A DNA stretch of 64,000 bases. Origin: Ascoidea asiatica JCM 7603 (Eukaryota; Fungi; Ascomycota). Shown here in pieces: positions 32,561-44,970 of the stretch. Every line of letters starts with the position of its first letter. The stretch's first letter is position 1. The translations under genes and the position numbers were made by a program. The notes below the pieces were generated by a model, which searched no databases, had not been told where the DNA came from, and worked only from the letters and a program-made list of their open reading frames with translations. The stretch covers positions 240,513 through 304,512 of the forward strand of contig BCKQ01000002.1 of assembly GCA_001600695.1 (NCBI GenBank). The letters run 5' to 3'.

Positions 32561-35092
32561 TTAATGACTGAGATTTCTTACTTTGGCTTTGCTAATTACT
32601 GTTTTAGATAAATTCTTGAAAAATGATTCATAACTTACATCTTCTGTTAAGAGCATAACATCAGATTCAATTTCTTCATTTAAAACTGAATATCTAAACA
32701 TTGTTTGTAAACTTTCACCAAATTTTTTTTCATTTTCAATAAATATATCATCTGGTTCAAGTTTTGATAAAATAAATCTTGCTTGTGATTTTCCTTCATC
32801 TGTTTCAACAAATCTAGGTAATGGAAATCTATTATTAATAATTTCTATACTTTCATATTTAGCATTTTCTATTGCTTTAAAAAATTCTAAATAATCATTT
32901 TTATCTAAATTTGAATCTCTCCAAATTGCAGCTTTCATTCCATAATATATAACAACATAAAAAAATGAATCCATTACAAATATATTTTCTTTAATTAATG
33001 ATTGTGCTTTTAAAGGTACTGAAATTCCATCTGGATTTTCTATTGAATAACTAATTAATAAAGGTTCAATCATTAAAAGACAATCTGAAACATCGGATTT
33101 TAAATAAAAATGCTGATAAAATGCTGTTTCATCTGGTGATGAATTAAAAATTTGTAAAATATTACTTTTCCTTAAATTATAAATAAATTTTGAAAAGTTA
33201 TGAAACTCATTATTCTCAAAACTTAAAGATTCTAAATCATTCACATTAAATTTTCCAAAAGTTAAACTTAATTTAATTAAATTTTTATCAATATCTAAAA
33301 TTATATCTTTATATTTGGTATATGGATTTAACTGAATTTTATTCAATGCTAATTTACCTAATAATACAACTGCAGTTTCATAATCAAAAGAATCATTTAA
33401 TTTAATATTATTAAAATTTGTTGTATATTTTTTAACTGTTGTTACTCTTAAAATATAATGTAAATTTGATGAATGCTTTATAATCGTTTGAAATTGAATT
33501 ATTGCTTCATTTCCCATTTTTATTTTTGATTCAAATGAATTTGGTGACATATTCATATGAAAAAAAATTGAATAATTACTTTTTGGATTTATTGAAATAA
33601 TATCCCATTCATTTGTTAATCCATTTTTACCAATAATTCTATCTGAACTCATATTTGAATGATTTTTTAAAGAATTTGCATTTCCAATTAATCCTCCAAT
33701 TTTTAAATTATTTGAAACTAAAATTTTAAATTTTCCATTATGATATCTTATTGGATATTCTATCTCATTACCATTTGAATCTAAATAAATTTCAGTTTCG
33801 AATAATCTATTAAATGACTGTTTAAATAAATTAGTTTTAAATGAATCTGTGACTATTAAACAACCATCAGTTAAGTTAGCTAAAGATTGCATTTCATAAA
33901 TTCCTGTTTGATCATAACATCCTACAAAAATATTAATTTCAATTTTCCCATTTCCTTTAATTACTTTTAATGATAAATCATTATAAAATGAATTTGCTGT
34001 TTTATAATATTTTGCATTATATTTTTGAATATCATTATGAGTTCTTATATTATCTTTAAATGCTTCTGATACAATCATTCCGGGTCCTGAACAACATGGT
34101 CCAGCAGAAAATAACAAAAGAGTTCCATCAGAATCTAAAAATAAACTTTGCATTAAATGTATTCCAATTACTAATGCAAAATCTGTTGGCCTAAGAAATC
34201 TTTTCCCATTTATTTTCCTCACTTTAGAACCAAGATTTTTCAAAACATTTACTAGTTGAATTTTTTCATTCGCTATAGAAACATTTAAAAAAAATTTATT
34301 AGCAGAAAATCTATTTTCTGAAAAATAATCATCTGAACTATTTTTTTTTTTTTGCCTACAAGGATATTTTTCATTTCCTTCAAGTCCAACAATTTTTTGA
34401 AAATTCTCTTTAGTTAAATCCTTAGTTGGCTTCAAAATATGAATTTTTTGAAAAAATGTTTCAGCAGCTTTAAAATTCAACTCGTATAACTGTATAAGTG
34501 AGTCAAATGCTATTAATCCAACTAAGGAATCTTCTGGTAATAAATCAAGAGATGCAATTAATATTTTTTTTAGAGATTTTAATTCATCTTCTTCTTGACA
34601 TAAGTCCACCACAAAAAGAAACATATTAGGAGTCTCTAAAGTATGTGGTTTATAATTATTAAGAATATATTCACAAGTTGTTGATGTTGGAAATAATTCT
34701 TGCAACTCTTCGAAATTTGATTTATAAGGTAATGGACATCTTGTTAAGCAAAAAGGACATACCCACGTTTTTGTTTTAATATCAATGTTTTCTACATAAC
34801 AGTTTAAAATTCCAGAACAATTTGAACAAACCGTTGGATTATTATTAATTATTTCAAGATCTTTTTTTTTCTTTAGTGGAGTATAAACACAACCGACGTT
34901 GTTAGATATTCCAACTTCTTCCGATCTTGTTGTGGGAAATACATTCCAATTAAATCTTATTCCATCTCGATCTTCAATATCATAAATCGTTGGAAAAAAA
35001 GTCTGTTCCTATAATAAAAGTTGTTAGTTAAAACCCAAAACAATCCAGAAACGATAAACTAGTACAAAATTGTCAATACTTACATTATTCAT
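32561..35092 (-). CDS. Divergent COPII Sec23 paralogue (Nel1/Sec23-like; 2 exons: 35092-35084, 35008-32561)
   Basis: The frame extends upstream of the track start through EDRDGIRFNWNVFP and a Zn finger (C..C...W.CPFC); also FLFVVDLC, GPGMIV, FNSSPDETAFY, RFPLPRF, SQARF, LTEDVS. Confidence 0.88.
35009..35083 (-). other. Spliceosomal intron of SEC23-like gene
   Basis: ATG AAT AAT | GTAAGT donor; AACTAAC branch at 35023-35029; TAG acceptor; in frame. Confidence 0.75.
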
Positions 35093-35894
35093 TTTATAGA
35101 AATTTTTTATAGAAATTTTTTATAGATATATAGCAACAACTTCAGCAAACGAAAAAATTTGTTTATATCTTTCAATTAGTTTCTTTCTTCTTAGCAAAAA
35201 TTGAATAACAAACTTAAGTTCTTTAACTCTTGATCTTTGATCTTAGATTATGGATTAAAGCTATTTTCTTCTGAGTATAAAATAAAGTAACTGTACTCAG
35301 TTAACTGCAAAAGTACTTTCAAACCGTTGTCCCGCGAAGTGAATATACTATTGTAATTTACAATATTGCAACGGTAGTATTGCTGGTGTAACATTAAAAA
35401 AGATTAAATCTCCTATTCCCGATTTGTCAAAATACTAGGGAAGGCAAACTGATAACAGTTTCAACCTGTTCTCATGAAATCATAAGCATATCATATGAAC
35501 ACCTGCAGTTCACTCATCAGACTGGATTGTATCCTATATTTTTCATTATTGCCCGATTCATATGAGGTTATGTGATGAGGAGTTTGTTATGATGGTATGA
35601 TCATTAAGAATTTTGATGGCAATCTAGGTTCCTTATGCTCCCAGTCAAAAAATCAATGCTAAGTCGTAGAATTGAAAAAAAATTATTACAAAAATTTGGC
35701 TCAACTGCAATTTTATGGGAACTAAGTATCAGACCAAACATCACATAGTTTGAAAATTGAATCAAATTATGTATATGTAAGGATTACGCCTACATTGATT
35801 ATAGGAAAAAAAAAACTGTCTATAGAAGAAAAATATGAGAAGCAAATGAAAATGCAATATAAAAAAAGAATAAATAAAAGGAAGCTTTTAAAGA

Positions 35895-38800
35895 TTAAAA
35901 TAGTTTGTAGCATTTTTTCATTTTATGAAGGAACTCATCCTTATCTAATGCAACAGGTTCGTCAATACTTTTGAATGACATAAAAAAATACTTGATAAAA
36001 ACTAATAAGAAACAATATAAAACATTTGAACTATTTGAATAATTCAAAACTAGGAAATCAAATATTTTTATTATTAAGTCATTATCGACTTTTAAAAATG
36101 TTTGAAAAAGCACACGACAATTCAAATTTGATAATTCATCTTCATAATATTTAGTTAAATTTTTTTTCAAAACAAAATTCGACTTCACTTCATTATCAAA
36201 CTTAGTTATAAATAAATCATTAAAAATGTTCTTATTTATCAAATTAACCATTGTAAATGTTTCTTTAATAGAAAAATTTAACAAGAAAATAGCTGTTAAT
36301 ATTTCATCACCAAAATTCAATCCTGCTTTAGATATTGATTTGCATAACAATAGATTTTTTAAAGATTCATATAAATCGCAACCCTTTTGAAATCTTTTTA
36401 ATTGAGGATATAATTTTTCAATTATAAGATCAATTTCAATCTCTTTATGAGATAAATTAATTGTTTGAACCTTATTTTCAAGTAATTTCAATGATTCTAT
36501 TTCTTCAGAAAGCTCATTTTTCTTATTATAATATGAAAGTACATCATACCAAACTTTAAATCTAAGCTTAGCAGGAATATTAGTTTTCCAACAAAGTTTG
36601 GACATTTCAATAACTGATGATCTATGAACTTCTTTTCTTTTAACAGATAATTCAAACCATTTTTGAGAATTTAATTCATTTAATTCTTTCTTTTTGATCA
36701 TTTCTTTATGACGTTTTAACTCTTTTTTCTCCAAATCTTTCATTAATAAATTAACCTCCAGCTCATGCTTCTTTTTTTCTTCTGGTGATTTTGGAGGAAG
36801 CCACATAGGTCGCGTCTGAGCTATAACTTCTATTTTCTCACTTGATATTAATTTTAAATCTTCCATAAAAAGTTTTTCACCATTTTCAGATGATGTTGAC
36901 AGATTAGATAATTTTGAATCAATTGAAGCTTTGGAACTCATTGAAGATCTAGATGATATACTTTCAACTTCTGCTTGATTTAAAATAAAAGATGGAAGCC
37001 TGAAAGCATTATCATCTCTTTTTTTCATTTCTTTTTTAACATAATTATCAGAGCATGATTTATAATAAGCAGATAAAGCATTTGCAAATTGAAGATCTGG
37101 GGAATATCGATTACTATTATTATTAACTAGTGGTGAAGGAGGTAAAGAAACAGGGCCTTCATCTAAAACATTCTTTATAAATTTACTAGATTTACCATTA
37201 TTTTTAGTAAAGAGAGTGGCTGCAGAACCAGCAGCGAAAGGAATATTGAAAAACAAAGGATCATCATCTGTAATGATTTCATCATTAGAATTAATTACAA
37301 TATCTCTTTGATATTTTCTAGCAGATTTTGATTTTGACATTTTTCTTTTTAATTGATATCGCTGACCCGGTGTTAAATTTGGATTCGGAAGGTAAGGTAC
37401 AAGATTTGGTGAACTTTCTGATAATAATTCTTTTCTAATATTTCTTTGATTTTGCTTTAAATATGAAGGTTTTCTAGATACATTTAACAGACTCTGTGAA
37501 TTATGAGCTTCATAATTATTTAAAGGTGAAACACCAGGACTTTTTATATAAACAGGATCCTGCAACTGTTTATCTAAAGATGGCATTGATTGAAATTTTT
37601 TTAAATTATTGGATCTCTCTGATCTTTCTGAATGTTTAGTAGATGTTGAATTTGTAGAATCAGGAGTGTTATTATTTGAATAAACTTTTGCATTTAAGTG
37701 AGTATTTAATCTTGTATGTTTATCTAATTCAGCTTCAGATAAAGAATTGCTTTTATATGTATTAATAGTATCTAATTGTAAAGTTGGTGGACGAGATTTT
37801 CTTTTCATTGAAGCGCTAGGTGAATTTGCAATATTTGAATTTGGTAAAATTTGAGAAGAATTTATTAATTCTGGAATACTTATATTAGATGTTGGATTAG
37901 CTATAGTAGCAGTACTATTATTTGTAGTATTACTATTAACAGTCATTAAAGTATTTTCACTTACAGAAGAAACAAGAGTATTTGCAGTTGCAGTAGAATC
38001 ATCTCTTGCATGATGATTATCTGTTGAATTAGAATCAAAATTGGAATTATTTGAATTATTTGAATTATTTGAATTATTTGAATTATTTGAATTATTTGAA
38101 TTATTTGAATTATTTGCAGTATTTGCAGTATTTTCAGACTCAACATTTGATTTTGAATCTTGTTTACTTAAAATTGAATTATTAACATAATTACTATATT
38201 TTCCTAATGGTTTAACTTCTTCTTGTATAGACAAAACAAAAGAATCTAAAGGAGAATTTGAATAATCATCATTTCCAACACTTGTTAAAGAAGATACTCT
38301 TGAATTTAAATTAGAATCAAGACCAAAATTAGATGAATGAGAAGATATAGAAGAATCATGAGAGGTTGGTCTTGAGTTGAATTTTTTTTTAGAATTAATG
38401 TTCAGAGTAGAATTATTTTGAGAAATATTTTGTTTAATGAAATTATTATTATTAATAATTTCTGATTCTTGAGGAACGATATTTGAATTTGAAATATTAT
38501 TTGAATTTTCATTTGAATTTTCATTTATATTATTATCAATACTAATGATATCATTATTTGAAGACGTTGAAGTTGAATTAGAAGTTGAAGAAAAGGATCT
38601 TGTAGTTTTAAAAGATAAATTAATTTCAGATTTTCTATGATGTAAAGAAGTTAAATTTTCACTTGGACGAACACCTCTTTTAATATTTGGAAAAGTATTA
38701 AGACTTGTAGAACTTTTATCAGCGGGAGTACTTAAAGTTGTTGAACTTCCTGGAATTTTAAAACTTTTTGAATAAGGAGATGAAACAGATCTTAAAGGAG

Positions 38801-39341
38801 ATGGACAAGCCAGAGGTATTACAGATCTTGGAACAGGTAAAGATAAATTTAATTTATGTAATTTTTTTAATTCAAAAGAATCATTATTACCATTTTGATC
38901 ATTATTACTGTTATTATTATTGTGATCAATGATATTATCATTGTGATCATCATTGTTATTGATATTTATATTATTAAAGTTTGGATTGTTTATATTTGAA
39001 TAATTATCTATTGATATTGAATCATTAATACTTATTGAAATATTAATATCATTTCTTAAATTTTCACTAGTATTTATACCAGAATTTGAATTAGAAATTG
39101 AATTAGAATTTGAATTAGAAATTGAATTGGAAATTGAATTAGAGTTAAATAAATTTTCGGATATTGAAATATCTTCAAAATCATCATTAGTTATTTTATC
39201 TAAAGCTCTATTTACAGCATCTTGATTTTCTTTTTCTAATTTTTCTTTTAATTTTTTTTTAACAAATAATTCTCTTTCTTTTAATAATAATTTATTTTTT
39301 TCTCTTTGCATTTCAAGAGTTGATTTTGAAAAAGAACTCAT
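35895..39341 (-). CDS. Sbe2/Sbe22-like Golgi/cell-wall transport protein with C-terminal TBC-like region
   Basis: LTPGQRY, FNIP, and TRPMWLPPKSPEEKKKHE followed by a helical TBC-like domain (IPAKLRFKVW); long N/S-rich N-terminus. Confidence 0.65.
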   Translation of the reverse strand: MSSFSKSTLEMQREKNKLLLKERELFVKKKLKEKLEKENQDAVNRALDKITNDDFEDISISENLFNSNSISNSISNSNSNSISNSNSGINTSENLRNDINISISINDSISIDNYSNINNPNFNNININNNDDHNDNIIDHNNNNSNNDQNGNNDSFELKKLHKLNLSLPVPRSVIPLACPSPLRSVSSPYSKSFKIPGSSTTLSTPADKSSTSLNTFPNIKRGVRPSENLTSLHHRKSEINLSFKTTRSFSSTSNSTSTSSNNDIISIDNNINENSNENSNNISNSNIVPQESEIINNNNFIKQNISQNNSTLNINSKKKFNSRPTSHDSSISSHSSNFGLDSNLNSRVSSLTSVGNDDYSNSPLDSFVLSIQEEVKPLGKYSNYVNNSILSKQDSKSNVESENTANTANNSNNSNNSNNSNNSNNSNNSNNSNFDSNSTDNHHARDDSTATANTLVSSVSENTLMTVNSNTTNNSTATIANPTSNISIPELINSSQILPNSNIANSPSASMKRKSRPPTLQLDTINTYKSNSLSEAELDKHTRLNTHLNAKVYSNNNTPDSTNSTSTKHSERSERSNNLKKFQSMPSLDKQLQDPVYIKSPGVSPLNNYEAHNSQSLLNVSRKPSYLKQNQRNIRKELLSESSPNLVPYLPNPNLTPGQRYQLKRKMSKSKSARKYQRDIVINSNDEIITDDDPLFFNIPFAAGSAATLFTKNNGKSSKFIKNVLDEGPVSLPPSPLVNNNSNRYSPDLQFANALSAYYKSCSDNYVKKEMKKRDDNAFRLPSFILNQAEVESISSRSSMSSKASIDSKLSNLSTSSENGEKLFMEDLKLISSEKIEVIAQTRPMWLPPKSPEEKKKHELEVNLLMKDLEKKELKRHKEMIKKKELNELNSQKWFELSVKRKEVHRSSVIEMSKLCWKTNIPAKLRFKVWYDVLSYYNKKNELSEEIESLKLLENKVQTINLSHKEIEIDLIIEKLYPQLKRFQKGCDLYESLKNLLLCKSISKAGLNFGDEILTAIFLLNFSIKETFTMVNLINKNIFNDLFITKFDNEVKSNFVLKKNLTKYYEDELSNLNCRVLFQTFLKVDNDLIIKIFDFLVLNYSNSSNVLYCFLLVFIKYFFMSFKSIDEPVALDKDEFLHKMKKCYKLF
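38043..38115 (-). repeat. Coding 9-nt tandem repeat encoding (NNS)n
   Basis: About 8 copies of TTGAATTAT on the plus strand inside the SBE2-like ORF. Confidence 0.9.
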
Positions 39342-39394
39342 TTTAATATTTCACTATTATTATAATGAATTTTTATTTTATATTATGTTATGTA

Positions 39395-39450
39395 ATGATT
39401 ATATGATTATATGATTATATGATTATATGATTATATGATTATATGATTAT
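39395..39450. repeat. (ATGATTAT) x7 minisatellite in the SBE2-like 5' flank
   Basis: Perfect 8-nt tandem array read directly. Confidence 0.9.
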
Positions 39451-41499
39451 ATTCTTAATTTGAATTTGATTGAAAGAATAAATGAAAAGAGAAAGAAATG
39501 CAAAGAACAACAATAAACAACACACAAAAAAGCAAAAAAAAAAAAATTCAAAAGTATACTTAAGGATATAAATAAGAGATATATTCTAATATAATAATTT
39601 TTTTAAAAGAGTGAAAAACCAAGTTGGTATTGATAAATTTTGTGAAAATTAATGTTGTTTAATAAACAAAAAAGTATATTGTAGTATATTGATAATAATA
39701 ATGATAATGACAGATGAAGATCAATATTTTATATGGAATAAGGTATTGATTGTAAATTAACAAAAACAGTACTGCAGAATGAGAAAATAATTTTTTAGAA
39801 TATAAAACTTGTCTGTTTGAACATTAAAGTGAATGAAATGATTTGGGAGAAGATTTAAAGTAATGTTAAGTAGATGAAAAGAATATGAAGTGAAATCAAA
39901 TTCTTAACCAGTATTGAGGAAATAATATAGTTTCTTGATATAAGATATAAGATATAAGATAATGTATAAAATGCGATAAGATTTGATTAATCTGGCTTAT
40001 TTGAAAAAAATACTTGAATTTTTTTATTTGAAATATATTAAATATTTAAAATATTTGATCTATTAGATTATTTATAAATGCAAAACTGTAGTGTTTTTTC
40101 CTAGCTATAAAATGTTTCTATACTCTATATTACTTTACTCTATATTACTTTACTCTATTACTATATTTCTATATTTTCAAATAGTATTCTAATTATTCTA
40201 CAGTATTAGATTATTGTTGTTATTAGTATTGGAATCTTTGAATACTGGTGTATCAATTAATATATTACTCTAAGTGCTAGCAGTAAATTGATTTTGGTCT
40301 GGAGTTGTTCGCGTTAGCGTTAGCGTTAACGCTTTCTACTGGTAAACTTAAGATATGGCAAGTGGTGCTGGAATGGCCGATGGGTCTGTTTTCTATTAAT
40401 AACCACAACTCGCTCACAACGAGCAGGAGGAGCGCAGCGAAGCTACCGCGCTACTGTGTTGCGCGGTTGCGCTGCTGGCAGGTTATCATGGTTCTAGAAT
40501 CCGGATTTACACCTTAGACACAAGTAGAAATTGACGAAAACTTGCAAAATTAGGTGAAAATGAGACGGAAATGGGACGGAAAGGGGATCTCAGAAATCAA
40601 GACCATTGTGGGTTGTTCTTCTTCCTCTTCGAAGCTGATCTGGTTCTTGTTCTGTTCTAGATTGGCCAATCTAGGTTCCCAAGAAACACAAACCACTCAC
40701 GTACAGCTGCTATTGAAGATTGAAAACCGGTTTTTAGCCAGTAAACATCCCAATTGAGTCTTTCTTGTGTTAAAATTGTATCCTGGAGTTCTGCAACTGT
40801 CTGGGTGGATGGTATTTACAGCGGCACACGTCCAACCTGAAATTATCAACAAACCCTTTTTGTGCTACGCCAGCGCAGGGTAACATCTCGGCCTTCTCTT
40901 TTTTTTTTTTTTTCTTTTCCGTTGCCTCTTCCAAATCTAGAACTGTACGACCAGTTTTCTAAATTTTTGTTTGATTATTAGACACATGACTTACTGTTTT
41001 TATTTTCAAATAAGTGGTCAGCTGACTTGATATGTTATCACGTGAAAAGGCTCTGTTATCAAAAATACGACAGTCTGCCCTCGCATACGTTGCTTCGCGC
41101 TGCACCTGATTTAGATTTTTTTTTTTTTTGATCTGAAATCTTTCTTGAAATCTTGATTGAAATTTCACGTGTCAGAGAATTCCGTGCTCGACTTTCACTA
41201 CCGAAGTGTCTACTGTATATTCAGTAACGATATGTGTATTATTTATTGGTGTATTAGTTATATATTTTATAAATGGTTTGGTTATATTCTTAAATCATAA
41301 TAGAAAAAAAAAATTTTTTGAATGAAATAAAAAATTAGATAGATATAAAAAAAGAATGAGAATAAATATTGAATGAAAAACTTAATTTTAAATTCAATCA
41401 AAGCAAAATTGAAACTATTGATTAATTACTTATTAACTTTTGTACTATTCTAATAAACTTTGTATAATGATTTTTTTGTTTCTGATTATTATCTGATTA

Positions 41500-42486
41500 C
41501 TATATTGTTTCTTGATCATATCCTGACAAACTCATTAAATTTTTTTCATCTATTTCATCATTATAATTATATAAATTATTATATGAATTATTATAATATG
41601 GTATTTGAGAATTTCCTTCACTATTATTATTATTATTATTATTATTTGTATTATTATATTGTCCAAAATTATTTAACTGAGGATTTATTATATTATTTCC
41701 AAATGAATTTGTATTTCCATTTATATTTGAGTTATCAAGTATATTTCCATTTGTATTTCCAACTACTCCATTATAATTAGAAATTCCAAATCTTGAATTT
41801 GAAAGATTTCCATAATTATTATATCCATTCATATTATTATTATTATTATTGTTATTATTGAATGAACTATTATCATATATACTACCAATACTTCCAATGC
41901 TTCCGTTATTAATACCATTAGCTCCATTAATATTTGCAATTCCATTATTTATTTCAGTTCCATAATATCCATTGATATTATTATATCCATTAACTGAATT
42001 TGAATTTGGAATTAAATTCAAGTTTGTATTATAATTTCCATTAGTACCATTTCCCAAAATAACATTACCATTACTATTACTATTACTATTACTATTACTA
42101 TTACCACTACTAATATTATTGAAATTATTAAGATTATGAAGATTATTATTACTAGCATATGAAATATTCTTGGATCTTGTTATTGGTCCTTCATTAAATG
42201 TACATGTCATTTTATAACTTTCACATAATTTACATGGAATTCCATTTTCAATTATACAACATGATTTCCTTTTTCGACAAAAATCACAAGGCCTTTGCCT
42301 TCTAGATTTATATCTTCTTGTTATTAATTTGGTTTCTCCATTTTCAATTTCATTTTCATTTACATTTGTATTTGACATTCCCATATTCATACTCATATTC
42401 ATATTCATATTCATTGTTGGAAACAGTTGTTGATTTTGGGTAGGATAAATTCCATTGATTGTATTTGATCTTGGAAAACTATTCAT
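41500..42486 (-). CDS. Zn(II)2Cys6 transcription factor with N/G-rich low-complexity C-terminus
   Basis: RRYKSRRQRPCDFCRKRKSCCIIENGIPCKLCESYKMTCTF binuclear cluster. Confidence 0.85.
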   Translation of the reverse strand: MNSFPRSNTINGIYPTQNQQLFPTMNMNMNMSMNMGMSNTNVNENEIENGETKLITRRYKSRRQRPCDFCRKRKSCCIIENGIPCKLCESYKMTCTFNEGPITRSKNISYASNNNLHNLNNFNNISSGNSNSNSNSNSNGNVILGNGTNGNYNTNLNLIPNSNSVNGYNNINGYYGTEINNGIANINGANGINNGSIGSIGSIYDNSSFNNNNNNNNNMNGYNNYGNLSNSRFGISNYNGVVGNTNGNILDNSNINGNTNSFGNNIINPQLNNFGQYNNTNNNNNNNNSEGNSQIPYYNNSYNNLYNYNDEIDEKNLMSLSGYDQETI

Positions 42487-42710
42487 TTTTTTTTATTCTT
42501 TGAGTTTTATGTTATATTATTGACTGGTTGACTGATTATCTATTGATTATTTATATGTTATTTTCATTCTTTTTTTTCTCTTTATTAACTTCTAAAATTC
42601 TTAAATTTTAACTTATATTATTTCTTCTATTTATACAGTACATAAAATTTAAAATTATATAATATTTTTTTGTTTTCAAGTCTGTTCTTTTGAATATATT
42701 TTAAGTCTTT

Positions 42711-42800
42711 TAAATATTTTAAATATTTTAAATATTTTAAATATTTTAAATATTTTAATTATTTTAATTATTTTAATTATTTTAATTATTTTAATTATTT
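42711..42800. repeat. Compound 9-nt minisatellite (TAAATATTT)5(TAATTATTT)5
   Basis: Read directly; lies upstream of the Zn cluster gene. Confidence 0.85.
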
Positions 42801-44970
42801 TGTATAATTTATAATATTTTATATAAATTTGTAATAATCTAAATTTATTATAAGATTATAACAAATTAAATCATTCAATTCAATTTTTTGAAAAGAATAG
42901 GTAAAATATCCACAAAAATCATTTAAATTTTTTTAAATTTATTTTTTGCAAAAATTGATACTTTTTCTATCAATTCAATGAAAAATTTCTTAATTCAATC
43001 AATTGATCAATTAAGAAAAAAAAATCTTTGAAATTTTAGTATTATATTACTATACTATACTGTATATTAATATTAACTATAAGAAATTTTTATCGTATTT
43101 CTATCATATTCTTGATAAAAATTATTATTATTAATGATAAAAGTTCCAATATTGTATAATATTAATTCCAATTCTTTTTTAGGAATATAAGCTGCAATCC
43201 AGGTTAAAGATTATTGAATTTTTAAAGTTTTCAACCTGCTGCTATATTGATTTATAATTATTTATAATTTATAATGAGTTCCGATGAGTTCCAATAAATT
43301 CAATCAATTCCAATCATTTTTAATCTTTTTTTAATGAACTCCATTTAATTCTAATCAATTTCATTCATTTCCAAAGATTTCCAATGATTTCAAGTCAAAT
43401 TTTTATTGAAATTGAATTATATTGAGTAATAATGCTTTTTTGTACTCTATCTACCATAATAATTTTTTCTTGAGATAATTATTTTTTTTTCAAATTTCTT
43501 TTAATTTAACAAAATATAAATTTTTTTCATTTCAATTTTCAATTACTTTTGTAAAAACTAATCAAAATTTGATAAATATTTGATAAAAATTATTACCAAG
43601 TCATATAATTCAACGTTTTAATTATGATAAATAAACCTCCTATTGCATAATTGAATATATAGAATCAAAACAATTTCATTCAAATTTTCAGTCAATCTAT
43701 TATATAATCATATAAATCCCTTAAGATTATCATATATTCTTAAAAAAAACATTCATTCATGTCTAGAAATATGCACAATTTTTAGTCCTCTTTATATTTT
43801 CACAGACCAATTTATTATTCGTGGAAATATTCACTATCATTAAAGTTTACTGGTTTCTATTACTCGAATTGGATTAATTTACCACTCAAAATCGTATCCA
43901 GATAAGATATTCCAACTGTAAAACTACCGTATAATTATTTCACCACCTTCAGCTGCCGAGTAACAATTGTAAATTATTCTCCTTTCAAAAGACTCCATCT
44001 TAATTCAATTGAAGTATGCTATTCATAAAACATCTTCGTCATATTCATTTTTATTATATTAGCTATCATCATTATAATATTATAATTACTGTATTATCAT
44101 CATTATCATTGGCGTAGTTAATCTCGATCACTTTATCACAACGTTGCCACTGCAAAGCGGGAAGCGCCACGCATCTGGATTTGAGTTACAACTCCACACA
44201 ATTTTAATTCAAATCTCTATCAACTTCCATGATTTGATTATTTGGTTATTTGGTTATTTCAGCTTTCTCCATAGTTTTTGTAAAATAATGGATGTTGAAA
44301 AGTTCGAATATTGATAATCTTGGATGATTTAGATTTTGACTTTAATGTTAAAAGAAAAACTTCAAGGGATTGATTATGAAAGGTTCTGTTAAATTTTATT
44401 TGATGTCCTTTAAATCGCTAGCCCTTAAGAAAAGTAGCTTAAGAATAATTAAATTCCAGTGATCATTCACAGAAAAAGTTTAAATTCAAATTGAAAATAT
44501 TTTTAAATATGAGGTTGAATTAATTCTATAGAATACATATATATGCTCGTTTTAAAGTAGTAGTGAAAAATAAAATAAAAAAAAAAAACCTAAACAAGAC
44601 ATTCGAGACGCCATAATTTTAATAATATAAGTGCAAAATACTAAATACAAAGAAAGCCAAGAAATGAAAACAAATAGAAAAATAAAAAAATAGAATGTGA
44701 AAAAAAGTGAAAAAAAGTAAATAAAAAAGGAATATAAAAAAAAAAAACTTAAAAAGGAATGAAAAATATTTGAAAAGTATTTTTTTTGCCAAAAGCCTTT
44801 ACAAAAATCCAAATAAGAATAAGAAAAATACCAGTTATATAGAAGCAAAAAATTATTGAAAGAATCAAAAAAATCAATAAAAACAAAAAAAAATTATCAA
44901 AATATTCAATAGTTGGGAATCAAATTTTTAAGCTAGAAATTAAAAATTAAAAATTAAGATAGTTGAAGTC

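Noticed and set aside
41037-41400. RTCACRTG followed by AT-rich DNA as a possible point centromere
   Set aside because: No CDEIII-like TGT..TG..TTCCGAA at the proper spacing, and many equivalent E-boxes occur in ordinary promoters.
38043-42800. Tandem arrays as CRISPR or telomeric repeats
   Set aside because: Eukaryotic context, no unique spacers, and pure A/T-rich microsatellite-type units at internal positions.
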